From NCBI GenBank assembly GCA_041659045.1, contig JBAZZB010000001.1:582270-646269 (forward strand): a stretch of DNA of 64,000 nt, given 5' to 3'. The notes under the pieces were generated by a model. The model saw only the letters and a list, made by a program, of their open reading frames with translations, was not told where the DNA came from and did not search any database. Of this stretch, positions 1 through 9,018 are shown piece by piece. Positions within the stretch are counted from its first letter, which is position 1. Every line of letters starts with the position of its first letter. Origin of the DNA: Patescibacteria group bacterium. GTDB taxonomy: Bacteria > Patescibacteriota > Patescibacteriia > SG8-24 > DYFX01. Made by a program: the position numbers and the translations under genes.

Positions 1-820
1 CGGGACGCACGAGTTCTGAGAGAAGCCAGAACGTCGTACCGAACGCCGCGATGCGCACGATAGCCGGCGCGTCCCAAATGTTGTTGGAGTACAGGACGAC
101 CGGTTGATAGGAAGCGTGTAGACGATCCGGAGTATCAAGATAGGTTTTGGCGAGGTGCGCAAAGTACTGCGGATGCGCGATCGTATCAATATCGAACGTC
201 GAGACAATGACATCTTCGTGAGCGATCCCTAAGTCATCAACAACCTTCTGCGCGAACGGACCGGCATAGTGTAAGTTTGAGCCCTTGCCCGCGATGTCGC
301 CGATCGTGTCCGATGGATGCACCGTGACGATCATCTCCAAAAAGCGCTCACCGAATTCGGCGCGGATTTCCTCGGCCCGAGCGAGAAACGCTTCGCGCCC
401 CGCGCGTTCCTCTCCCGCCAACACCACGATCATGCGTTTCGGATCAACCTTGGCCTGCACGAGGCTGCGGAAGGTGGCGCGAAGAATCTCGATATCTTCC
501 TTATACGTAGGAAGGAAGACAAGATGACGGATTTTTTCCCAACCCTGCGTCTTCTTCAGCTCGGTCTCCCAATCGATATCAAGCGCGCCACGATGACGGC
601 GCCACGAGATCGTGAGGAAGATCACGAAATACAAAACGCGGAAGAACCAATAGAGGTCGAAGGCGATAATGAAGAATACCGCCCAGACCGGGTTGACGAA
701 CGAAAGAATGATCGCGCCAACGAGCGTCGACCAGACGAGCGTGGCCGGCACAAACTCGTAGCGGCGATGCCGTTTTTTTTGTGCGGTCGTGTAGTCGTCC
801 CAAGTCAGTGCGCGTTCCAT
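1..820 (-). CDS. Family-2 glycosyltransferase-like membrane protein; 5' part only, gene runs off the window start
   Basis: Manual minus-strand translation from ATG 820-818: MERALTWDDYTTAQKKRHRRYEFVPATLVWSTLVGAIILSF..., two N-terminal TM helices then LPTYKEDIEIL, GKGSNLHYAG and STFDIDT (DxD-like) motifs typical of GT2 catalytic domains. No stop before position 1. Not in the ORF track, presumably because it has no in-window stop. Confidence 0.55.
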   Translation of the reverse strand, partial: MERALTWDDYTTAQKKRHRRYEFVPATLVWSTLVGAIILSFVNPVWAVFFIIAFDLYWFFRVLYFVIFLTISWRRHRGALDIDWETELKKTQGWEKIRHLVFLPTYKEDIEILRATFRSLVQAKVDPKRMIVVLAGEERAGREAFLARAEEIRAEFGERFLEMIVTVHPSDTIGDIAGKGSNLHYAGPFAQKVVDDLGIAHEDVIVSTFDIDTIAHPQYFAHLAKTYLDTPDRLHASYQPVVLYSNNIWDAPAIVRIAAFGTTFWLLSELVRP

Positions 821-1206
821 GTTTTTTTCTTTTTGCTGATCGTGATATTCGGTTCGGCGGCGTACAGCGGATGGATCGGTGCATTGACGGCAAAGGCGCT
901 GCTTGGCATCTTCGCCGCGTCTTCCGGCGTGATCTCCCCTGTCGCGGACAGCGTCGCACCGATCGAGCGGGCCAGCGCGGTCGCGACGGCCACGCGTCGA
1001 CGTACAGCCGAGAAACCTCCAGGCCCTCTATCGACAACAATTTCCTTGATGACCGTTCGTTTGATCTTCGCTTTCTTGAGCGCGGTGTCGAACAGGTTCA
1101 GAAGATCGTCGGTGAAACCGCCAAAGACTGAAGCAACGACAAGACCGCCTTTCGAAAGCGAAACGACGACACCTCCTTCGGCAGTTCCGCCGAAGAACGC
1201 TCTCAT
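805..1206 (-). CDS. tsaB: TsaB/YeaZ-like protein (t6A biosynthesis partner); short form
   Basis: IVVDRGPGGFSAVRRRVAVATALARSIGATL matches the TsaB GPGSFTGLRIG core. ATGA overlap with the upstream gene at 1203-1206. Confidence 0.5.
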   Translation of the reverse strand: MRAFFGGTAEGGVVVSLSKGGLVVASVFGGFTDDLLNLFDTALKKAKIKRTVIKEIVVDRGPGGFSAVRRRVAVATALARSIGATLSATGEITPEDAAKMPSSAFAVNAPIHPLYAAEPNITISKKKKTWNAH

Positions 1207-1802
1207 ACGTTCGCGCTTTCCTGAGCGGAGTGAAAAAACTCGTCGACAAAAACGAGTTTTGGAGCGTCGAGCACGCTGTACAAAAAGCGATCCATCACGT
1301 CCATGCGGTAACGCATCTCCTCCTCATCAAGAACCGTGAAGTTGATTTCGTGTCCAAATTCAATTTCAAACTTGCGCACGAGGTCGGAAAGTTTTTTGCG
1401 ATCAACCCGCCCGACGACAAAAATATCCGTCGGCGCTTCTTCGCGATCGACGAAGCGTCCCGTGAGCGCGAAGTAGGAAATACGACCAATGGCTTGGAGG
1501 CGCTTGACCATGTCCTTCTCAAGCAGCACGCGCGACTTCACAAAGAGGGCGCGGAGCTCGGGAATCAGGATGGAATTCTGCTTGAGACGGTAATGCTTTT
1601 TCTGCACCGCCTTGCCTTCGGCCATGTCGACCGTTTCGACCAAGCTCAGCTCTTCCAAATTCTTCAGTTCATGACGAATGGCGTTGATTTGGACGTCCAA
1701 GCGGCGGGTCAATTCGCGAACGAAAAAAGGGGTCTCCGGATTCTGAAGGAATGTGCGGAGAAGCTGGGTTCTCGTCTTTGAACCAAAGAGTTGTTCAAGC
1801 AT
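1203..1802 (-). CDS. Hypothetical winged-helix (HTH) domain protein
   Basis: Likely start MLEQLFGSKTRTQLLRTFLQNPETPFFVRELTRRL (HTH-like), which is M44 of ORF 1203..1931. The C-terminal part is of unknown function. Confidence 0.45.
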   Translation of the reverse strand: MLEQLFGSKTRTQLLRTFLQNPETPFFVRELTRRLDVQINAIRHELKNLEELSLVETVDMAEGKAVQKKHYRLKQNSILIPELRALFVKSRVLLEKDMVKRLQAIGRISYFALTGRFVDREEAPTDIFVVGRVDRKKLSDLVRKFEIEFGHEINFTVLDEEEMRYRMDVMDRFLYSVLDAPKLVFVDEFFHSAQESANV

Positions 1803-1854
1803 AGTTGGCCGCGAAACTGGGGGTATTGTATACTGCCCATGAAGACAGGTCAAA

Positions 1855-3948
1855 ATGGCGCCTATTAGCATCGGAGAAATCCACGTTCCCGGAGGGTCCG
1901 GCCTCGGCGCAGTGCGCTGCCTGACACTCACCTCCCCGCTTCAAAACGAAGGCGGACTGGAGCTCTTTTTCGCGATCCTGGCTGCCGACGCTCCGAAACG
2001 CGTTGTTGAAAAAATGAGCGACCGGCTCAGCGAGGAGCTGCGCGCGATTTTTTTCCAGAAGGGCGACCCGGAGGCGCGCTTTGAAGCAGCACTCAAACAA
2101 GCCAACAAGAGTATCCTCGCCTTCCTCTATGAGCACGGCTTGTCGCTGCCGGGAATCAAGTTGCGCGGCGCGACAGCGGCGCTCAGCGGCGGAAAACTTT
2201 TTGTCTCATCGCGCGGCATGATGCGCGGCCTGTTGTACATGCCGCACCCCGACGGACTAACGCCATACGCGCTGTTCGACGAGACTCCTGAAAAGAGCAA
2301 CGAACCGAAATTTTTTACTTCACTCCAAACCGGTGCGTTTCCGGACGGCGCGCGTCTTGTTATCGCAACTTCGGAACTTTTCCAATCACTCGACGACTCG
2401 TACGTACGCGACATGCTTGGACAAACAGACTTTGCCAAAGCCTCGCGCGAAATGAAAACAGCGTTGCGTGCGACACAGAAACCCGTCTCGATTCTTTCCT
2501 TGAGTTCACTATTGCCTGAATCAGCATTCGTAAAAACTCCCGGACACGGAAACGCCGCTGGTACACATTCGAAAGCACCAGGAAAAAAAACACGGGCCAC
2601 CGCACCAATTGTTGGCCCGGATATCGGCGAAGTGATCGCACGCGGCGTGCGCGTCAGTTGTTTGTATGCGGGGCGCGGACTTGCGGCCGGAGGAAGTCTT
2701 GGTTGGTCGCTTCTCAAGGCGGCCGTGCTTTTGCCGATGAGACTCCCCCGACTTGCCGCGACGCTCATGAACCGCGAACGCCGCACGCGCCTGATTGCTG
2801 AGTGCAAAGCCGCGCCGGATCGTTGTGTTTCCCTGGCTGTCGGCCGCTTGAACGCGCTGCCGCACCAAAGCCGCATGCACTTCTTTGCCCTGCTTGGCAT
2901 CGGCGCCATCTTCGTTCATGGCCTCCTCTTCTCCATCCGCCACGAAGTCCGGGCGCAAACCGTCAAAGCCTACGAGGCGCAACTTGCCGAGTTGCAGCAG
3001 CTTGAAGCGGATTTTGCCGCTGGCATGATCTACGACAACGAGGGGCGATCACGCGAACTCGTCGCCCGCATGGAATCCGTATGGTCGACGCTGCCGGAAC
3101 TGACGGATCTGCAAAAGAAGAACAAGACTGACGCAAAAAAAACGATTCAGGCATCGCGTGAAAAACTGCAAAGAATCACGCTGCTTGCGAACCCCACAAA
3201 ATTTGCCGAGGTCAGCGATCCGACACTCGCGTATTCGAGCATGGCGTGGTTTGGCGGAAAGCTCTATGTCTTCTCGAGCACTTCCGGACGAGTACAGATC
3301 TTCTCAAACGAAGGCGCAGCCGCAGCTGACCCAAGCATCGCCTCGCTACCAGGCGGTGTCCGCGTCGCCGCTCCGGCACGCACTGGTTTTCTGCTGCAAG
3401 GCATGTCTGGAGACATCGTCTACTGGAATCCGGAGACTGCCGAAGAGTCGATTTTTGAAACCACGGATGTCGCTGACAAGCCGATCCTCTTCTACCAAGG
3501 ACGACTCTACGCCGCTTCTCCTGAAGGCACCGTCACGCGTCGTTCCGTCGCAACGAAAACGCTCGGAACCCCTTCTGACGTTCTGCGCGGCGCGCCTGAA
3601 GCGCCCACAGGTCTCGCAACCGATGGTGCTGTCTATCTTCTCTATAAGGACGGATCAACTCGTAAATATCTGAAAGGCGCGAGCGTGCAGGACTACGCTT
3701 CGTCCGTCATCGAGCCAGCCCCTGCCGGCGCCGCCGATCTCTGGGCCTCAGCTGATTCCGACAAACTCGTCTTCATCGATAAAGGCGGCGATCGCGCCTT
3801 CACGGTCGATCGCACGACTGGACGCCTTCTCTCGCAAATGACTGCGCCGGAGTTCAAAGACCTTCGCGCGGGGGCCGTCGACGAGAGCGGCCGCACGCTC
3901 TATCTTTTGACCGCGGCCGGAGCCATGTACAAAGTACCGCTCAAATAA
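1855..3948 (+). CDS. Hypothetical 697-aa membrane protein: N-terminal cytoplasmic domain, one TM, C-terminal beta-propeller-like repeats
   Basis: Long ORF with coding-like composition. TM segment MHFFALLGIGAIFVHGLLFSI. Repeated G/Y/W-containing blocks in the C-terminus. Ends at the bidirectional terminator. Confidence 0.6.
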   Translation: MAPISIGEIHVPGGSGLGAVRCLTLTSPLQNEGGLELFFAILAADAPKRVVEKMSDRLSEELRAIFFQKGDPEARFEAALKQANKSILAFLYEHGLSLPGIKLRGATAALSGGKLFVSSRGMMRGLLYMPHPDGLTPYALFDETPEKSNEPKFFTSLQTGAFPDGARLVIATSELFQSLDDSYVRDMLGQTDFAKASREMKTALRATQKPVSILSLSSLLPESAFVKTPGHGNAAGTHSKAPGKKTRATAPIVGPDIGEVIARGVRVSCLYAGRGLAAGGSLGWSLLKAAVLLPMRLPRLAATLMNRERRTRLIAECKAAPDRCVSLAVGRLNALPHQSRMHFFALLGIGAIFVHGLLFSIRHEVRAQTVKAYEAQLAELQQLEADFAAGMIYDNEGRSRELVARMESVWSTLPELTDLQKKNKTDAKKTIQASREKLQRITLLANPTKFAEVSDPTLAYSSMAWFGGKLYVFSSTSGRVQIFSNEGAAAADPSIASLPGGVRVAAPARTGFLLQGMSGDIVYWNPETAEESIFETTDVADKPILFYQGRLYAASPEGTVTRRSVATKTLGTPSDVLRGAPEAPTGLATDGAVYLLYKDGSTRKYLKGASVQDYASSVIEPAPAGAADLWASADSDKLVFIDKGGDRAFTVDRTTGRLLSQMTAPEFKDLRAGAVDESGRTLYLLTAAGAMYKVPLK

Positions 3949-3979
3949 AAAATCCTCCCGGAATACGGGAGGATTTTTT
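3945..3979. terminator. Bidirectional rho-independent terminator shared by the 697-aa gene and rplL
   Basis: A6-atcctcccg-gaata-cgggaggat-T6 is a perfect 9-bp stem flanked by A and T runs. Confidence 0.75.
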
Positions 3980-3992
3980 GTACGGACGATGA

Positions 3993-4394
3993 TTACTTGA
4001 GAGTAACCTTCGCGCCGGCGCCTTCGAGTTCTTTCTTGGCGGCTTCGGCTTCTTCCTTGGTAACGCCTTCCTTGACGACCTTCGGAGCGCCGTCGACCAT
4101 ATCCTTGGCTTCTTTGAGGCCGAGGTTGGTGAGTGCGCGGACGGCCTTGATGACACCGATCTTGTTGTCACCGGAGGCGGTGAGTTCGACGGTGAAGGAG
4201 GTCTGCTCTTCGGCGGCAGCGCCACCGGCAGCCGGGGCGGCAGCCATGGCCATCATCGGAGCAGCGGCGGAAACGCCGAACTTCTCTTCGAGGACCTTCA
4301 CGAGCTCAGCGAGATCGAGGACGGACAGCTTTTCGATGGTCGAGACGAGAGAAGCGAACTTCTCCGGGACGACGACGTTCTTTTCGTCAGACAT
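3993..4394 (-). CDS. rplL: 50S ribosomal protein bL12 (L7/L12)
   Basis: [41 protein letters not shown]...[54 protein letters not shown], including the Ala-rich hinge. Confidence 0.95.
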   Translation of the reverse strand: MSDEKNVVVPEKFASLVSTIEKLSVLDLAELVKVLEEKFGVSAAAPMMAMAAAPAAGGAAAEEQTSFTVELTASGDNKIGVIKAVRALTNLGLKEAKDMVDGAPKVVKEGVTKEEAEAAKKELEGAGAKVTLK

Positions 4395-4416
4395 AGTATG
4401 GATGTGAATCTTTTTC

Positions 4417-4947
4417 TTAAGCGGTGGCCTTTTGGTCTTTGACGGCGTTCAGCACGTTGACCAAGCCACGGAGGTTTCCGGCCAGGACATTGACGAAGCC
4501 AGAGACCGGAGCGTTGAGGGTACCGACCAACTTGGCCAGAAGCTCCTGCTTGCTCGGGAGTTTGGCGAGTGCCTTGATCGCGTTCGCATCGACGAGCGAG
4601 CGCTCGAGGACACCAGCGACGATCTTGAGCGCTTCATGTTCCTTGGAGAATTCGGCGACGAGCTTGGCCGGAGCCACTTCGTCTTCGAAACCCGTGACCA
4701 TGACGAGCGCGCCATCGAGCGAGGACGGATCGACGCCTTCATACCCGGCGTTCTTGAACGCGAGGCGCATGAGGGTCTTCTTGGCGACGAGGACGCCGAC
4801 GTTTTCTTTCCGCGCTTTATTGCGGAAGTCGGTGGCGTCTTTGACGGCCAAGCCTTTGAAGTCGGCGAAGACCACGGATTTGGCCTTACCGAGCGCTTCG
4901 ACCAATTCGGCCAAAGTTACTTCTTTCTGCTTGCGAGATTTTGCCAT
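4417..4947 (-). CDS. rplJ: 50S ribosomal protein uL10
   Basis: [64 protein letters not shown]... The start is at M139 of ORF 4417..5361 (ATG 4947-4945); the longer ORF N-terminus is R/P-rich junk. Confidence 0.9.
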   Translation of the reverse strand: MAKSRKQKEVTLAELVEALGKAKSVVFADFKGLAVKDATDFRNKARKENVGVLVAKKTLMRLAFKNAGYEGVDPSSLDGALVMVTGFEDEVAPAKLVAEFSKEHEALKIVAGVLERSLVDANAIKALAKLPSKQELLAKLVGTLNAPVSGFVNVLAGNLRGLVNVLNAVKDQKATA

Positions 4948-5142
4948 GTGGCGTGTTGCGTGAATCTTTGCACGTACGACCTTTAAATAACAAACGTCTG
5001 CGTGATTTACCGCAGACGCGTAGCACGGCGGAAGTTCCGTCGTGGGGCGTTTGCCTCGATAGGATCGGATCGGCAGATCCGGTTTGCTGTCCCCAGCCGG
5101 GGGCAACCTATGGTCTTTGGTAAACGAGAAGTTGTTATCCGG
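4948..5142 (-). promoter_or_regulatory. Structured 5' leader of rplJ-rplL (candidate L10-leader autoregulatory element)
   Basis: About 190 nt between the predicted promoter and the rplJ ATG, with several stable hairpins, for example cgtctgcg-N8-cgcagacg, cggatc-tgcc-gatccg and cccc-ggct-gggg. Confidence 0.4.
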
Positions 5143-5171
5143 AGAGTACCCGAAACCGTAAAAAGCGTCAA
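5143..5171 (-). promoter_or_regulatory. Sigma70-like promoter for rplJL
   Basis: The minus strand reads TTGACG-17nt-TACTCT, immediately downstream of a terminator. Confidence 0.45.
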
Positions 5172-5177
5172 GTTGCC

Positions 5178-5214
5178 ATAAAAAACAACGACCTCGCCAC
5201 AAGAAGTGGCGAGG
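5178..5214 (-). terminator. Rho-independent terminator of the 5240..5680 gene
   Basis: cctcgccac-aagaa-gtggcgagg is a 9-bp stem followed on the minus strand by TCGTTGTTTTTT. Confidence 0.65.
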
Positions 5215-5239
5215 GTTGCCCGGCCGACGAGAGCGTCGG

Positions 5240-5680
5240 CTAGGCGGCGAGGAGTGCGGCGTTGCGGGGGTGGTTCCGGCGGTTGACCCGCAGGGCGTAC
5301 CGGAGCTTGCTGCGGCTGTGGCTGCGGGACTCGCAGGAGTCCTGGTCGGTCGTCTTGCCACCGAACTTGGCGCTGACGATGCGGAGCATCGCCTCGAACT
5401 CGCCGGCGGCCTGGATGCGCTCGCCGCGGTTGAGGTAGATACCGAACCGCTCCACCTTGTTCTCGACGGTGTTCCGGTAGTCCCGCTCGGCGATCTCGAT
5501 CGCGAGGATCTCGTCGTCGGTGAGGTACTGGAAGCGGGGCGCGAGCTTGCACTCGCAGGCGGACTTGGTGGTGATCACGGGCTTGGACTGGCAGCGGCTG
5601 CGGCGACCCTTCTTGGTGGTGTTGGTGGGCGCGGTGAGGATGCGGATGCCGTTCTGGACCAGGACGAGGACGCGGTTCAT
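5240..5680 (-). CDS. Hypothetical 146-aa Cys-containing (zinc-ribbon-like) protein with foreign, actinobacteria-like codon usage
   Basis: RBS GGAGA 7 nt upstream of ATG (MNRVLVLVQNGIRIL...). The CQSKPVITTKSACEC and DSCESRSH cysteine pairs suggest a Zn ribbon. Nearly every codon ends in G/C, unlike the neighbours. Confidence 0.6.
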   Translation of the reverse strand: MNRVLVLVQNGIRILTAPTNTTKKGRRSRCQSKPVITTKSACECKLAPRFQYLTDDEILAIEIAERDYRNTVENKVERFGIYLNRGERIQAAGEFEAMLRIVSAKFGGKTTDQDSCESRSHSRSKLRYALRVNRRNHPRNAALLAA

Positions 5681-5795
5681 CGGGATGTCTCCAAGGTGCT
5701 GGGTGTGGGGGCTTTCATGCCTGTTTGGCACGATTTGCCATCAAAACGATTGGTTCACACTATCATAAAAACACGATTTTGTCAATAGGATGAGA

Positions 5796-5826
5796 CAACA
5801 AAAAAGACCCTCTTTGCAGGAGAGGA
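5796..5826 (-). terminator. Terminator after the lipoprotein gene 5827..6372
   Basis: The minus strand reads cctctcctgcaaagagggtc followed by TTTTTTGTTG. Confidence 0.5.
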
Positions 5827-6372
5827 TCAGGGTTCGACGTGAAGGCTCTGAAGGACACGGTACGTCGCGACACCCAGCTGCGCGAGCCGGGCTTCCGGGC
5901 CGAAAGTGATCATCTTCACCCAATAGGCGGCGCCGTGCCCCGAGACGATCTTGACTCGGCAGAGCGCGACCATCTTCGTACCCTTCTTCCAGTCAGTGCC
6001 GCGAATGAGGAAGATCGCCTCCTCGTCGGAGAGGTACTCGGGGTCGCTAACTTCGGTAACCTTGAAGAGGAGCGGCGCGGTCAGGAGCATCATTCCGAAC
6101 TGCGTGTTGGTCGCTTCGACCGTGCTGCCAGGGTTCGCATCGACGACCCAGAGAGCCATACCGACTCCGTTGTGCTCGCTGTGATGCAACACGATCTGAT
6201 CGGGTTGCGCGTTGCCCGGATCGCGATGCCAGTCGGGGGCACTGAAAGCGATGTACGGACTTTGAGCGCCGAGACGTACGCTCAATGATGTCGTCTCACC
6301 ATGCTTCGCGGTCTTTGAAGAGCCGCCGCAGGCAAGTGCGGTAAAGATCAGAAAGAGTGAAAAGAGACGCAT
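5827..6372 (-). CDS. Hypothetical lipoprotein
   Basis: Signal peptide plus lipobox MRLFSLFLIFTALACGGSS. Confidence 0.65.
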   Translation of the reverse strand: MRLFSLFLIFTALACGGSSKTAKHGETTSLSVRLGAQSPYIAFSAPDWHRDPGNAQPDQIVLHHSEHNGVGMALWVVDANPGSTVEATNTQFGMMLLTAPLLFKVTEVSDPEYLSDEEAIFLIRGTDWKKGTKMVALCRVKIVSGHGAAYWVKMITFGPEARLAQLGVATYRVLQSLHVEP

Positions 6373-6449
6373 GAAGACCTCCTGGTTGTGCTTACCTTCT
6401 GCGTACCACGAGCACGCAACGTCGTCAAAGCACGAAAAAAGCCCCTACC

Positions 6450-7040
6450 CTACTTGGGGAGAGGCTTGAGGCTGTCGAGCAGCTTGTTGAAGTCGGCTTC
6501 CAGATGGTTCCAGAATTCGGGGACGCCTTGCACCATCGCCACGACGAGGATGTCCGAGTCGGGCGCGAGGCGCATGACGGTGACGCGCGTACGGCGGAGC
6601 ACGCCGTCCTTTGTCATCTCCGCGACGAACGTTGCGCGTTCGCCCTGCATCTCGATCGCCGTAGACGTGATACCCGCCTGAACGGACGCTTCGTCCGTCG
6701 GACGGAAGAACTCGGCGAGCTCGACGACCGTACCCCCTCCGCTCGCGCCGAGGAAGACACCCATGACGGAAGCTCCCAGCTTCTCGTTGCGCAGTCCGAG
6801 ACGCAGATCGCCGGCTGCGCTGACATTGTCCATGACCGCCGCCGCCCAATCGACGCTCGGGCGTTCGCACGCGACCGAGAAGCTCTCGTTGTACGGGATG
6901 ACAACCGCGAGCGACTCGGCAGGCACGACAGGTACTTCCTCCACGACGACTGGCGGGTTCGTTGTCTTGGGACCCACCGTTGAGGTGGATCCGCAGGCGG
7001 CGAGACAGACAGTGACGAGCAACGCGAGAGGCTTCAGCAT
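6450..7040 (-). CDS. Hypothetical lipoprotein
   Basis: MLKPLALLVTVCLAACGST lipobox. A terminator hairpin lies downstream at about 6400-6440. Confidence 0.65.
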   Translation of the reverse strand: MLKPLALLVTVCLAACGSTSTVGPKTTNPPVVVEEVPVVPAESLAVVIPYNESFSVACERPSVDWAAAVMDNVSAAGDLRLGLRNEKLGASVMGVFLGASGGGTVVELAEFFRPTDEASVQAGITSTAIEMQGERATFVAEMTKDGVLRRTRVTVMRLAPDSDILVVAMVQGVPEFWNHLEADFNKLLDSLKPLPK

Positions 7041-7150
7041 CTTCCGACTCCTTGGTTGAGTGACCTGTTTCCACCCTAGGAGACCATGGAAGTTCCGTCA
7101 ATCCTGCTTCACCAAGACTTCGCAGGATAAAATGAAAAACCGTACTGAGT

Positions 7151-7618
7151 TCAGTACGGCCTGGGCGGCCCCTTCTTGCTGGGATCATTCGGATCCTCGC
7201 TCGGGAAACGGATGCGCGCCCGTGTTTCCTCGACGGAAAGCATACGCGCCGGATCGAGCGTGACGTTCTCGCGAATCGAGGCGTCCGGAAAGATCTCGGC
7301 CGCGACGCCGCCGTTCTCGATCACCTTCCGCACCTCCGCGAAGACCCCCGTACCGATCATACCGTCGCGGAAGGCGAGGAAGACGATGCGCTTACCGCGG
7401 CGAAGCACCTTGCCGGTGTAATACGCCATCCCGTCCCTCACGTATCCTTCCTGATGCTCCTTCGTGTCGGGATCCTCGATCGGCACGCCCGGGAATCGCT
7501 CGCGGATGGCCGCGAGCAGCTTCTCCTTGAGCTCGGTCTTGAAGATGTTGATGGGCTGCGCGAAGTAGAGACTCTCGACTTCCTGCGGTTTGGACAGCTC
7601 GTTAGGATCGACGATCAT
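7151..7618 (-). CDS. Hypothetical protein (155 aa)
   Basis: GGAG RBS 6 nt upstream of ATG (MIVDPNELSKPQ...). Terminator hairpin ccgtactga/tcagtacgg downstream. Confidence 0.55.
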   Translation of the reverse strand: MIVDPNELSKPQEVESLYFAQPINIFKTELKEKLLAAIRERFPGVPIEDPDTKEHQEGYVRDGMAYYTGKVLRRGKRIVFLAFRDGMIGTGVFAEVRKVIENGGVAAEIFPDASIRENVTLDPARMLSVEETRARIRFPSEDPNDPSKKGPPRPY

Positions 7619-7703
7619 GTTGGCTCCTGTGATTGACCCAAAGGATTTGTACAGAAGATGATAACTCGCGTCAACAACAAGCGTGAAATAAAATACCCGC
7701 ACC

Positions 7704-8285
7704 TCACAGGGCGGGTAGGAGTGCCAGAACTTCCTCGACGCGTGCGTCGACAGTCGTCGCTTGCAGGCGATGGATCTTTTTCTCCGGAGTTTCGAAGATG
7801 CCGAAGGCGCGCCAGAGACAGGCGTCGACCTTACGTTGAAATTCGATGCTGTCCGGACGCATGTCGTCGCCGACGAGAGGAAACACGTCGCGCGGAAAAT
7901 AGATGAACAGATCGTACAGACTCGCGTAGTACTGCGCGATCTTGAGTACGAGCGGCTCGAGATGCGAGTCGAACAGCGTGCTTTGCATCGCCAGAAAGTA
8001 GGCGAAGCTGTCGATGGTCGAACGGTCGGTGATGACGAGTCGATCCGCTCTGAGTTCCGTATTGACGGACGGATCGATCACGCTCCACGTGTTCATGTTG
8101 AACAGCTCGAAGGCGCCGATACCGTACTTCCGACACACGTCATCGATCGGATGACCGAGGCCGAAGGCGAGCATCTGGTGACGCACCGCCTCCGAAAAAA
8201 ACGCAGCGTCAGGACGACGCTCCTTCACTTTCTCGAACACGGTCGTCTTGCCAACGCCGTGCGTCCCCGTGAGTGCAACGCGCAT
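7704..8285 (-). CDS. P-loop NTPase, NadR/AAA_28-like putative nucleotide kinase
   Basis: Walker A motif LTGTHGVGKTT at the N-terminus; about 190 aa. Confidence 0.65.
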   Translation of the reverse strand: MRVALTGTHGVGKTTVFEKVKERRPDAAFFSEAVRHQMLAFGLGHPIDDVCRKYGIGAFELFNMNTWSVIDPSVNTELRADRLVITDRSTIDSFAYFLAMQSTLFDSHLEPLVLKIAQYYASLYDLFIYFPRDVFPLVGDDMRPDSIEFQRKVDACLWRAFGIFETPEKKIHRLQATTVDARVEEVLALLPAL

Positions 8286-8328
8286 ACGTACCTCCTCGCC
8301 TGGAGGGAATCACATTTTTGCGCGTGTG

Positions 8329-9018
8329 TCAATCTGCAATTACCGTTCCCGTGAAGGATTTTCCGTCGAGTGCCTTGGCGATGTCCCCAAGCGCTCGACC
8401 TTTGATCATCTTTACGGTGAGCCCCAGTCGTTCCGCGAGTTTGGCGGCGACCGGATCGAACGGCACGTTGGCGCCTGGATCCCAGCGGTTGCCGATCATT
8501 TTGCGGAAGGTTTTCCAGTTCAGTTTCGGCAGTGCGACCGCTTTCGGATCTTTGCGCGGGTCAGCACTGTAGACGTAATCGACGTCGGACAAATTTAAAA
8601 CGGTCGTCGCTCCAAGGCTCGACGCGAGCAGCGTCGCGCAGTAGTCGGTCGACCAGCCGGGTTTCCAACCAGCAGCGATCAAGACACTCTCGCGGAAACG
8701 CGGCGGCGCGTGCGGATTCTTGATAACGGCCGCGTGCGCGAGATTTTGAAAAACGGTGCGGAGTAGGTGGGCGTTCAGGCGCGTTGAATGAATACCGATC
8801 CAATCGACGTCCTCGCGCGAAATACGTCCAACCTCTTTAGCGGCTTTTTGATACTGCCTCGCCGTTGAGCCACCGCCACAGATCAACACAAAGCGCTCCC
8901 CTTGCGAGACGCGCTTCGCGATGAATGTTTTGAATGTTTTGAGAAACGAGACGTCGATCCCGGTTTTCGGGACGATGAGCGAACCTCCGAGCGAAATGAT
9001 GATCGGTGTCTTCTTCAT
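8329..9018 (-). CDS. pyrH: UMP kinase, archaeal-type
   Basis: MKKTPIIISLGGSLIVPK...FVLICGGGSTARQY... amino-acid-kinase fold that resembles archaeal PyrH more than bacterial PyrH. Confidence 0.8.
   Translation of the reverse strand: MKKTPIIISLGGSLIVPKTGIDVSFLKTFKTFIAKRVSQGERFVLICGGGSTARQYQKAAKEVGRISREDVDWIGIHSTRLNAHLLRTVFQNLAHAAVIKNPHAPPRFRESVLIAAGWKPGWSTDYCATLLASSLGATTVLNLSDVDYVYSADPRKDPKAVALPKLNWKTFRKMIGNRWDPGANVPFDPVAAKLAERLGLTVKMIKGRALGDIAKALDGKSFTGTVIAD

Noticed and set aside
317-1339. 340-aa plus-strand ORF at the window start
   Set aside because: It is R/P/A-rich low-complexity translation antisense to the GT2-like and tsaB-like genes, a typical high-GC antisense artifact.
2583-3141. 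A8 homopolymer tracts inside coding regions as possible phase-variation slippage sites
   Set aside because: They sit in Lys-Lys codons of ordinary genes. There is no length-polymorphism evidence and no associated surface-antigen context.
5007-5788. Plus-strand 190-aa and minus-strand 181-aa ORFs overlapping the foreign gene and the rplJ leader
   Set aside because: They have A/G/L/V/D- or R/P-rich junk composition. They overlap a better-supported ORF that has an RBS and a terminator, and they overlap the promoter and leader region.
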